This document shows positions 19,108 to 26,949 of a stretch of DNA of 64,000 nt, piece by piece. This DNA is from an uncultured Eubacteriales bacterium (GTDB lineage Bacteria; Bacillota; Clostridia; Christensenellales; Aristaeellaceae): contig CACZXF010000043.1 of NCBI GenBank assembly GCA_902785105.1, positions 20,580 through 84,579 of the forward strand, written 5' to 3'. Position numbers and translations under genes: made by a program. The notes under the pieces are model-generated. The model searched no databases. It was not told where the DNA came from and saw only the letters and a list, made by a program, of their open reading frames with translations. How positions within the stretch are numbered: position 1 is the first letter of the stretch; the number at the start of each line of letters is the position of its first letter.

Positions 19108-21057
19108 GTGAGCAAGAAACTGCCCACATGGGTTGCGGTCCCGGCGGTGTGCGTAGCTTCGGCACTGCTGGCGACGGGTGTGAACGGCGCGACCCACGAC
19201 CAGATCGACCGGCAGGCGGCGAAGCGTGAAAACGCGCCGCTGGCCGGGGTGATCGAGGCGGCTCAGTTTGAGCCGACAGAGCTGAAGGAGAGCCGCTACA
19301 GCGTGGAGAACGTCTACACGGCGCTGAACGACGCGGGCGAAAAGGTGGGCTACGTGGGCAAGACCACGGTGTCCGGCTACGGCGGGCCCATCGAGGTCAC
19401 CGCGGGCGTGGACAACGCGGGCGCGATCACCGGCGTGAACGTCGGCGGCGACACCTTCAACGAGACGCCCGGCCTGGGCGGGCTGACCCGCGAGCCGAGG
19501 TTCGCGAAGCAGTTCGTCGGCAAGGCGGCGGGCGTAGACCTCAACAGCGAGGAGAACACCGAGGGCGTGGACGGCATCGCCGGGGCCACCATCTCCTCCC
19601 GGGGCGTGCTGGGCGGCGTCAACAACATCGTCAGCTATGTCAGCGCCGCTGAGCTGGGCATCCTCCAGGAGAAGGAGGAGGTCTACATGGGGCCGACGGT
19701 CTCCGCCACGGAGAAGGGCTTCGCCGGGGACGTCACCGTCACCGCGGGGCTGGACGACGAGGGCGCCATCGTCTATCTGGACATCCAGACGCCCGACGAG
19801 ACCGAGGGCCTGGGCAAGCGCTGCTCCGAGCCTGAGTTCATCAATCAGTTCATCGGCAAGAAGGGACCCTTCGCCTACGGCGAGGACGGCGTCGAGGCCA
19901 TCTCCGGCGCGTCCTTCACCTCCACAGCCGTCATCAACGCGCTGAACACCATCGCCAATGGCGGTGGCACGGCCTCCGAGGGCCCGCTGTCCGCGACGGT
20001 GCAGGGCTTCGGCGGCGATGTGACCGTCAATGTCATGCTCAATCCCGATAACTCCATCGGCGCGCTGTCCATCGACACGCCCAATGAGACCGAGGGGCTG
20101 GGCAAGCGCACCTCCGAACCCGAGTTCACCGACCAGTTCATCGGCAAGCATGCCCCCTTCACCTATGGCGAGGACGGCATCGAGGCCGTGACCGGGGCCA
20201 CCGTGACCTCCACTGCCGTCATCAACGCGCTGAACGACCTCGTCCCCGCCGGTGAAGCCGCTCCCGCCTCCGCGGAAGCCGCCGCGCCCGCCGAGGAGGC
20301 CGCGCCCGCTGAGACTGAAGCGCCCGTGGAGGAAGCCGCGCCTGTTGAAGAGGCCGCGCCCGTCGCCGGGACGACTGTCGAGGACATGATGCGCGAGCGC
20401 CCGGTAGACTCCGCCCTGCAAAATGCCGCTGCTGCCGTGGCAGGGAACGTCGTCAAGGGCAGTCTGGACAGCATGATGCGCCAGCGCCCCGACGAGGCCG
20501 CGCTGGAAGCCGCTAAGGCCGAACCGGCGGCGGAAGAAGCGCCTGTCGAAGCGGTTGAGACTGACCCCAGCCGCCTAATGCGTCAGCGTCTCGCCGAGAG
20601 TGCCTTTATCAAGGCTGAACCGGCGGTTGAGGAAGAGACTGTCGTCGAGGCTGAACCGGTCGTTGAAGAAGATACCGAACCGGCGGCGGAAGAAGCGCCT
20701 GTAGCCGAAGCGGTTGAGACTGACCCCAGCCGCCTGATGCGTCAGCGTCCCGCCGAGAGTGCTTTTGTCAAGGCTGAACCGGCGGTCGAAGAAGAGACTG
20801 TCATTGAGGCTGAACCGACGGCGGAAGAAGAAGCCGTTGTCGAGGCTGAATCGGCGGCCGAGGAAGAAGCCGCTGCCGAGGCTGAACCGGAGGCCGAGGA
20901 AGTGCCCGTGGCCGAAGCGGCCCAGGGCGACGCCAGCCGTTTGATGCGGGAGCGTCCCGCGGCGCAGACTGCCATCGAAGCGGCGGAGGCCGAAGCGGAA
21001 GCGCCCAATATTGACAAGTATATGCGCCCCAGACCCGCGACTGTTGCGGGGGCGTAA
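19108..21057 (+). CDS. Membrane-anchored protein with three tandem FMN_bind (RnfG/NqrC-like) domains and a repetitive acidic C-terminal tail
   Basis: N-terminal anchor. Three domains each keep a flavinylation-type motif (IAGATISS, ISGASFTS, VTGATVTS). Domains 2 and 3 are close duplicates. The tail carries MR(Q/E)RP motifs. Confidence 0.8.
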   Translation: MSKKLPTWVAVPAVCVASALLATGVNGATHDQIDRQAAKRENAPLAGVIEAAQFEPTELKESRYSVENVYTALNDAGEKVGYVGKTTVSGYGGPIEVTAGVDNAGAITGVNVGGDTFNETPGLGGLTREPRFAKQFVGKAAGVDLNSEENTEGVDGIAGATISSRGVLGGVNNIVSYVSAAELGILQEKEEVYMGPTVSATEKGFAGDVTVTAGLDDEGAIVYLDIQTPDETEGLGKRCSEPEFINQFIGKKGPFAYGEDGVEAISGASFTSTAVINALNTIANGGGTASEGPLSATVQGFGGDVTVNVMLNPDNSIGALSIDTPNETEGLGKRTSEPEFTDQFIGKHAPFTYGEDGIEAVTGATVTSTAVINALNDLVPAGEAAPASAEAAAPAEEAAPAETEAPVEEAAPVEEAAPVAGTTVEDMMRERPVDSALQNAAAAVAGNVVKGSLDSMMRQRPDEAALEAAKAEPAAEEAPVEAVETDPSRLMRQRLAESAFIKAEPAVEEETVVEAEPVVEEDTEPAAEEAPVAEAVETDPSRLMRQRPAESAFVKAEPAVEEETVIEAEPTAEEEAVVEAESAAEEEAAAEAEPEAEEVPVAEAAQGDASRLMRERPAAQTAIEAAEAEAEAPNIDKYMRPRPATVAGA

Positions 21058-21102
21058 CCGTTGTAATAACCGATATATGATACAACACTGGAGGTGCTGA
21101 AA

Positions 21103-22452
21103 TTGTCGAGTAACAATACCTTTCGCGGGGGCGTGCATCCGCTGCACGGCGCTCACGAGGGAAAATCGCCGACGCGGGGCCAGGCGGTGATCGATTACAC
21201 CGCCGAAACCGTGACCATCATGATGGGCATGCACCTGGGCGCACCCAGCACCCCGACGGTGCAGGTGGGCGACCACGTGAAGCTGGGCCAGCAGATCGCG
21301 GACCCGGTGGGCTTCCTGGGCCTGCCGGTGCACGCCAGCGTGTCCGGCGAGGTCATCGCCGTGGGCCCGGTGCAGTCGGTGATGAATCCCGCGGCCATGG
21401 CCGTGACCATCAAAAATGACTTCAAGGACGAGTGGGTGGACACGCTGGAGCCCCTGGGCGACGTGGAGACCTGCGACCCGACTAAAATCGTGCCCGCCAT
21501 CAAGGCCGCCGGCGTCTGCGGCCAGGGCGGCGCGTCCTTCCCGACGCACGTCAAATTCGCGGTGAAGGAAGGGCAGTATTGCGATACCATCATCGTCAAC
21601 GGCGCGGAGTGCGAGACCCATCTGACCTGCGACCACCGGCTGATGCTGGAGCAGAGCAAGCGCATCGTGGACGGCCTCCGGGCGGCCATGCGGGCGCTGG
21701 ACGTGAAAAAGGGCGTCATCGCCATCGAGGACAACAAGCCCGACGCCATCGAAGCCATGCGCAAGGCGGCGGAGGGCCGGGACGGCGTGGAGATCATGCC
21801 GCTGATGACCAAATACCCCCAGGGCGGTGAGAAACAGCTCATCCAGGTGGTGACGGGCCGCGAGGTGCCCACCAAGAAGCTGCCGCTGGATGTACACGTC
21901 ATCGTGCTGAACGTTTCCACCGCCAAGTCCATCGCCGACGCGGTCATCGAGGGCAAGCCCCTCATCACCCGCATTACCACCGTCACCGGCCACGTGGTGC
22001 GTCCCTGCAACTTCCGGGTGCGCGTGGGCACCATGGTGGACGAGCTCATCGCCGAATGCGGGGGCTACAGCATCCCCGAGGACCAGGTGGGCAAGGTCGT
22101 CATGGGCGGCGCGATGACCGGCTTCCCCTGCCCGAACACCACGCATATCCCGATTGCCAAGGCCAACGGCGGCGTGGTGGTCTACAGCGAGGAGGAATCG
22201 AAGGACTACGACGAGGACCCCTGCATCCGCTGCGGCCGCTGCGTGGAGGCCTGCCCCATCGGGCTGAATCCCTACAAGCTCAAGTATTTCTGCGATGCCG
22301 GCGACATGAAGCGGGCAGGCGAGTGGTGCGTGATGGACTGCGTGGTCTGCGGAAGTTGCTCCTATATCTGCCCCGCCCACCGCAGGCTCACATCGTCGTT
22401 CAAGGCCATGAAGGACAAGATCGCCGCGGAGGCGAGGAAAGGAAAGGGGTAA
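21103..22452 (+). CDS. rnfC: Rnf complex subunit C-type protein
   Basis: TTG start 8 nt after TGGAGG (the track start GTG 21094 overlaps the SD). Contains FRGGVHP, GGASFPT, CIRCGRCVEACP and CVVCGSCSYICP. Confidence 0.85.
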   Translation: MSSNNTFRGGVHPLHGAHEGKSPTRGQAVIDYTAETVTIMMGMHLGAPSTPTVQVGDHVKLGQQIADPVGFLGLPVHASVSGEVIAVGPVQSVMNPAAMAVTIKNDFKDEWVDTLEPLGDVETCDPTKIVPAIKAAGVCGQGGASFPTHVKFAVKEGQYCDTIIVNGAECETHLTCDHRLMLEQSKRIVDGLRAAMRALDVKKGVIAIEDNKPDAIEAMRKAAEGRDGVEIMPLMTKYPQGGEKQLIQVVTGREVPTKKLPLDVHVIVLNVSTAKSIADAVIEGKPLITRITTVTGHVVRPCNFRVRVGTMVDELIAECGGYSIPEDQVGKVVMGGAMTGFPCPNTTHIPIAKANGGVVVYSEEESKDYDEDPCIRCGRCVEACPIGLNPYKLKYFCDAGDMKRAGEWCVMDCVVCGSCSYICPAHRRLTSSFKAMKDKIAAEARKGKG

Positions 22453-22458
22453 TCGGTC

Positions 22459-23391
22459 ATGAAGCTTCATCTTTCTCCGGCGCCCCACGTGCATAGTCCT
22501 CAAACCACGCGGGCGCTGATGCTCAACGTGCTGGTGGCGCTGATCCCCTGCGCCATCGCTGGCGTCTATCTCTTCGGCTTCAGCGCGATACTGCTGATGC
22601 TGGTGTCCGTCCTCTCCGCCGTGGCGGGGGAGGCGATCATACAGAAGATTTTGGGGCAGAAGTCCCGGATCAACGATATGTCCGCCGCCGTCACCGGCCT
22701 GATACTGGCGCTGAACCTGTCCCCCCGGACGCCCTGGTGGGTGGCGATGGCGGGCAGCCTGTTCGCCGTCATCGTCGTCAAGGGCCTGTTCGGCGGGCTG
22801 GGCGACAACTTCCTGAACCCGGCGCTGGCCGCCCGCGCCTTCCTGCTGGTGTGCTGGCCCCGCTATCTGACCACCTGGGCCGCGCCCCTGGCCGCCGACG
22901 CGGTGGCCGGCGCGACGCCCTTAGCCAATCCCGCGGGCTACACGCTGGGGCAGCTCTTCCTGGGCAACATCCCCGGCTCCATCGGTGAGGTCTGCAAGCC
23001 CGCCATACTGCTGGGCCTGGTGTACCTGCTGTTTACCAAGACCATCACCTGGCAGATCCCCGTGTACATGACCGCCTTCACCGGCGTGTTCTGCGCGCTG
23101 ATGGGCGGCGGGTTCGTGGAGTCCATGCTCTCCGGCGGCGTGCTGTTCGCGGCGGTGTTCATGGCGACGGATTACGTCACCTGCCCCATGTCCACGAAGG
23201 GACAGATCGTCTACGCGGCGGGCATCGGCCTCATCATCGCGCTGATCCGCAAGTTCGGCCTGTATCCCGAGGGCGTCACCTTCGCCATACTGCTGATGAA
23301 CGTCGCCACCCCCATCATCGACCGCTTCACCAAGCGCCGCGTCTACGGCTACGAGGACAACAAGAAGAAGGAGGCGAAGGCAAATGGATAA
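22459..23391 (+). CDS. rnfD: Rnf complex subunit D-type protein
   Basis: Starts MKLHLSPAPHVHSPQTT. Polytopic, with the DAVAGATPL flavinylation-type motif. Confidence 0.85.
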   Translation: MKLHLSPAPHVHSPQTTRALMLNVLVALIPCAIAGVYLFGFSAILLMLVSVLSAVAGEAIIQKILGQKSRINDMSAAVTGLILALNLSPRTPWWVAMAGSLFAVIVVKGLFGGLGDNFLNPALAARAFLLVCWPRYLTTWAAPLAADAVAGATPLANPAGYTLGQLFLGNIPGSIGEVCKPAILLGLVYLLFTKTITWQIPVYMTAFTGVFCALMGGGFVESMLSGGVLFAAVFMATDYVTCPMSTKGQIVYAAGIGLIIALIRKFGLYPEGVTFAILLMNVATPIIDRFTKRRVYGYEDNKKKEAKANG

Positions 23392-23983
23392 CAGGACCTC
23401 CAACGGCATCCTTGCCGGCAATCCGCTGTTCCGTTTGGGTCTGGGCGTTTGCCCGGCGCTGGCGGTGACCACCTGCGCCTCGGCGGCCCTGGGCATGGGC
23501 GTCGCCACGGCCTGCGTGCTGGTGTGCAGCAGCCTCGTTGCTTTCGTATTGGGCAAGGTCGTCTCCGAAAAGGGCACCGTGGCGACCTGGATCATGGTCA
23601 CGGCCTGCTTCGCCACGGTGGCGCAGTTCATATTGAAGGGCTGGTTCCCGGAACTGGCTTCTGAGCTGGGCATATTTGTGCCGCTGATCGCCGTCAGCTC
23701 CCTCCTGCTGAGCCGGGCGGATTTCGCGTCCAACAACAGCCTCGGCGCGGCCATGGGCGACGCCGTGGGCATGGGCATCGGCTATATCATCGCCATGACC
23801 CTCGTGGGCATCGTCCGCGAAATTCTGGGCCAGGGCACGCTGTTCGGCTCCGACCTGCTGCCCTTCACCCCCATGACCCTGGTGGCCCTCCCTGCCGGCG
23901 GCTTCATCGTGCTGGGCCTGCTGATGGGCTGCTGGAACGCCATCACGGCGAAAAAGAACGGGAAGGAGGAGACTCAGGCATGA
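23384..23983 (+). CDS. rnfE: Rnf complex subunit E-type protein
   Basis: Overlaps the rnfD end. LGVCPALAVT and GIFVPLIAVSSLLLSRA motifs. Confidence 0.8.
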   Translation: MDNRTSNGILAGNPLFRLGLGVCPALAVTTCASAALGMGVATACVLVCSSLVAFVLGKVVSEKGTVATWIMVTACFATVAQFILKGWFPELASELGIFVPLIAVSSLLLSRADFASNNSLGAAMGDAVGMGIGYIIAMTLVGIVREILGQGTLFGSDLLPFTPMTLVALPAGGFIVLGLLMGCWNAITAKKNGKEETQA

Positions 23984-24561
23984 CCGATATTTCCCGCATT
24001 CTGCTCTTCATGGTGGGCTGCATATTCACCCACAACGTGGTGTTCGATAGGATGCTGGGCGTCCACGACGCGGGCCAGCCCCGGCGCTTCGAGACCTCCG
24101 TCATCTACGGCGTGGCGGTCTGCATCGTCATGACCCTCTCCGCCGTGTGCTGCTGGGCCGTCCAGACCCTGCTGCTGGCCCCCATGCACATGGAATACTT
24201 GCAGATCATCGCCTTCTCCCTCGTGGTGGTGGCAGTGACTGCGCTGACCCAGCTCTGCGTGAGCAAGGTAAAACCCGAATGGATGGAGACCTTGGATAAC
24301 TGCCTCATGCCCATTGCCGCCAACTGCGCCGTGCTGGGCATCGCCATCGTCAACGCCGAGGCGGGGTATACCTTCGGCTACGCGCTGCTGAGCGGCCTCT
24401 GCGGCGGGCTGGGCTTCCTGCTGGCCATCGTGCTGCTGGCGGGCGTGTATGAAAAGCTGGAGTTCGCCAAGGTCCCCGAGCCCTTCAAGGGCATGCCCAT
24501 TGCCGTCATCTCCGCCGGTCTCATCGCCCTGGCCTTCATCGGCTTCAAGGGCATCGCATGA
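23980..24561 (+). CDS. rnfA: Rnf complex subunit A-type protein
   Basis: ATGA overlap with the preceding gene. Six TM helices; MPIAANCAVLGIA motif. Confidence 0.8.
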   Translation: MTDISRILLFMVGCIFTHNVVFDRMLGVHDAGQPRRFETSVIYGVAVCIVMTLSAVCCWAVQTLLLAPMHMEYLQIIAFSLVVVAVTALTQLCVSKVKPEWMETLDNCLMPIAANCAVLGIAIVNAEAGYTFGYALLSGLCGGLGFLLAIVLLAGVYEKLEFAKVPEPFKGMPIAVISAGLIALAFIGFKGIA

Positions 24562-24986
24562 GGCGGATATTCGCGGCGGCGCTGGCAGTCCTGCTGCTGA
24601 CCGCCGCCGCTGTGGCCGAACCCACCGCTGAACCGTCCGTGGAGCCGTCCGCATCGCCAAAGCCCGCCAAGGGCTATGTGCTGGTGCAGACCGCCACGCA
24701 GCTGGGCTGGCTCCCCCTCCCCGAGGAGGGCGAGCAGTCCGTCCCCATCAAGCAGATCCTCCCCGACGGGACCGAGGCGGAAAACATCGTCCATCTCACC
24801 CCCGAGGGCGTCTGGATGGAGGACTCCACCTGCGAAAACCACGATTGCGTCAATCAGGGCGAGGTCACGCTGGACAACAAGGCCGACAGGATACTCGGCA
24901 ACATGATCATCTGCCTCCCCAATCAGGTCATGCTGGCACTGTATACCCCGGAGGAAGTGCTGAAGCTGATGAAGGAGGAGCAATAG
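24558..24986 (+). CDS. NusG-domain-II-like secreted protein (paralogue 2)
   Basis: ATGA overlap with the rnfA stop. Has a signal peptide. CENHDCVNQGEVTLDN ... IICLPNQV parallels the 16911 protein. Confidence 0.7.
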   Translation: MRRIFAAALAVLLLTAAAVAEPTAEPSVEPSASPKPAKGYVLVQTATQLGWLPLPEEGEQSVPIKQILPDGTEAENIVHLTPEGVWMEDSTCENHDCVNQGEVTLDNKADRILGNMIICLPNQVMLALYTPEEVLKLMKEEQ

Positions 24987-25024
24987 CACAAAGGCGGGCA
25001 CTCGGATGAGTGCCCGCCTTTGTG
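24987..25024 (+). terminator. Strong stem-loop closing the nine-gene operon
   Basis: CACAAAGGCGGGCACTC-ggat-GAGTGCCCGCCTTTGTG immediately after the stop. There is no clear T tract. Confidence 0.55.
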
Positions 25025-25026
25025 GT

Positions 25027-25174
25027 GATATCAAAAGGGGAGTTCTACTCTCTCCTGTAGGGGCGGCGTTGCGCCGCCCGCCGGGTAGGACGATGTGCTT
25101 CGTACAAGGCGGGCGCCGAAACGGCGCCCCTACAAGGTTGCTTCGTATTCTCGCAAAATTCTCCAATTTGCTGG
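25027..25174. repeat. Nested-palindrome element, family C (CTGTAGGGGCGGCG type), copy C1
   Basis: CTGTAGGGGCGGCGTTGCGCCGCCCGCC ... GGCGGGCGCCGAAACGGCGCCCCTACA with degenerate termini. Confidence 0.85.
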
Positions 25175-25188
25175 GATGACACAACGCA

Positions 25189-26433
25189 TCATGTCTTATA
25201 TTTCTTCCACAGCGTATCCTTCGCGTAATTGCCGCGGGTGTTGGAGCGGGCGGCGCGGTTGGCGGGGGCCTCGAAGCTATAGCAGAACTGATAGCCGGCG
25301 TCGTAGGCGCCCTGCGCGGTATTGCTGACGGCCTTGAGCTTGCTGAGGACGGTGGGATAGTAGGTCTTGAGCTCGTATTGCAGGTAGTAGAGCTGGCCCT
25401 TCAGGCTCTTGTAATCGTAGCTGTGGCTGTCGCACCAGCTAATCAGGCGGGTCTTGCGGGAGGCGTGCCACTGGCAGATGCCGTAGCTGGTGCCGTTGTC
25501 GCCGACGCAGGTGGTCTTGTAGTCGGATTCGTGCTTGATGTTGGAGACCACACCGCAGGCCGCCGCGGCGTTAAGGCCCATCTCACGAGTGAGGAACTTG
25601 AAGATGATCTCCTCGTTGGTGCCGCTGGAGAATATGCTGGAGCCGCTGTTGTCGGCGGGCTTGATGTCGGCGGTGTCCACCTCCACGGCTCGGACCTCGG
25701 TGGTCAGCAGGTCGGCGTCCACATAGCCCACGTTGCCGCTCTTCTTGATCATCGCCCAGTTGCCCCGAGTGGCGACGAGGGTCACAATCACGTTGGCATC
25801 CAGCGTGAAGCGGGCGCTGGCGGTGTTGGGCTCGGCGTAGACCGGGCAGGTCTCCTTCGTCATGACGGTCTTGTTTTCATACTTGACCGGCGCGGTCTCG
25901 ACCTCGGGCTCAGGCGTGACGGCGGGCGCGGGATTGAAGATGGGGATTTCGGGCTGGGCGTCCTTCGTTTCGCTCAGGTCGTTGATGTCCATGTAGCCCA
26001 CGATGCCCTTGCGCTCCACCTTGGCCCAGTCGCCGCTGACGGACAGCACGTTCACCTGCACGCCCGCCGCCACCTTCGCACTGTCGGCGGCGGTGCTGGC
26101 GTTGCGGTAGACCCGTGTGGCTTTGGCGGTGTACATCACCTTCGCGGCGGTGTTCGACGCGGCGGGGGCCTGGACGGTCCGCTGCAAATCGTTGATGCGC
26201 ACGATGCCGGTCTTGCCGTTGTAGGAGATCAGCGCGGCCTTGCCGTTGTAGTCCTTCACCGTGACCACCGTGCCCATGGGCAGCGCCCCGATCTGGTCGT
26301 GGGGCTCGGCCTGCCGGTAGACCTTCATCGAACTGCTGGTGACCACAGCATCAAAGTCTGCCAGCGCCGGGACGCCCGCCAGCAGCGCCGCAAGCAGCGA
26401 AAGCACGAGTATTCGCTTCACATGTAATTTCAT
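25189..26433 (-). CDS. Secreted SH3-repeat protein with a C-terminal phage-tail-lysozyme-like domain
   Basis: Has a signal peptide. Three or four SH3-like modules (GIVGYMDINDL, GNVGYVDADLL). C-terminus NIKHESDY ... GICQWHASR resembles the tail-tip lysozyme family. Confidence 0.65.
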   Translation of the reverse strand: MKLHVKRILVLSLLAALLAGVPALADFDAVVTSSSMKVYRQAEPHDQIGALPMGTVVTVKDYNGKAALISYNGKTGIVRINDLQRTVQAPAASNTAAKVMYTAKATRVYRNASTAADSAKVAAGVQVNVLSVSGDWAKVERKGIVGYMDINDLSETKDAQPEIPIFNPAPAVTPEPEVETAPVKYENKTVMTKETCPVYAEPNTASARFTLDANVIVTLVATRGNWAMIKKSGNVGYVDADLLTTEVRAVEVDTADIKPADNSGSSIFSSGTNEEIIFKFLTREMGLNAAAACGVVSNIKHESDYKTTCVGDNGTSYGICQWHASRKTRLISWCDSHSYDYKSLKGQLYYLQYELKTYYPTVLSKLKAVSNTAQGAYDAGYQFCYSFEAPANRAARSNTRGNYAKDTLWKKYKT

Positions 26434-26701
26434 AATCCGTACCTCTCATGCCAAAAGCCATATAATCCGTAATACTTTTGAAATGATTATAGCATGAACT
26501 GAAATGAGTGTCAATGGATTATTCATTGAAAGCCGTGTAAATATGCAAAATTAACCCATTTACACTGCATATAATGATGAAATTGCGCATAAATAATTAC
26601 AAAAATATGACATCCAGGATTGTGACGAAATCCCGAAACCGTGCGCGGCGGGATTGAAATGGGGGGAAATTGATGGTATTCTGTAGGGGTAAAGGTTCTT
26701 T

Positions 26702-26916
26702 GATAAATGGGGTTTTATCGGGGTGACGTTCGAAAACCACCTCATCCGCCCTCACGGGCACTTGACAAGGGCCTGCCGGCCCCATCTCACTGAAAACAGT
26801 CCACTGGACTGTTTTCCGGGCGCTCGATGCTCCTAAAGCCTTCCCCTTGAGGGGAAGGTGCCCCGAAGGGGCGGATGAGGTGAACCCCCGTCTCCCCGAC
26901 AACTTCCACTTTATCC
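26702..26916. repeat. Family B element with S module, copy B3
   Basis: Left terminus GATAAATGGGGTTTTATCGGGG and right terminus CCCCGACAACTTCCACTTTATCC, with the core and S palindrome between them. Confidence 0.9.
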
Positions 26917-26949
26917 CTCACACTGAACCAGAAACGGAGGAGGATGCCG

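Noticed and set aside
17719-20421. Very long antisense ORFs. The 900-aa ORF is the example here. Others: 291-1733(-), 1896-3539(-), 13716-15476(-), 20575-22503(-), 9643-10608(+), 10714-11781(+), 39143-40753(+), 40999-42111(+), 44648-45676(+), 54009-55217(+), 58483-59538(+), 59867-61135(+), 61397-62476(-), 29952-31127(-), 34956-36578(-).
   Set aside because: Their translations are Arg/Gly/His/Asp/Ala-rich low-complexity strings, typical of shadow frames in high-GC DNA. In every case the opposite strand encodes a protein with recognisable family motifs.
21103-24561. Reading the second RnfCDEA set as Na+-NQR (NqrA, B, D, E).
   Set aside because: The first protein keeps the GGASFPT site and two CxxCxxCxxxCP clusters, as RnfC does; NqrA lacks them. 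No NqrF-like gene is present. The A/E/D homologues alone cannot discriminate, so this rests on RnfC.
25189-26433. Prophage or tail-like particle region, suggested by the tail-lysozyme-like domain.
   Set aside because: No capsid, terminase, tail tube/sheath, integrase or holin genes are found nearby. The neighbours are housekeeping genes.
26597-26902. Short ORFs lying wholly inside repeat elements. Examples: 5711-6064, 7361-7546, 9424-9621, 9523-9723, 15602-15853, 26597-26902, 29260-29508, 31169-31381, 48476-48715, 48550-48756, 59462-59674, 61224-61445, 62419-62664, 38675-38935.
   Set aside because: They merely translate the palindromic repeats, and the same peptides recur (GRCPEGADEV, RRNAAPTG, SASLTAPSKREP). 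They appear on both strands and have no RBS.
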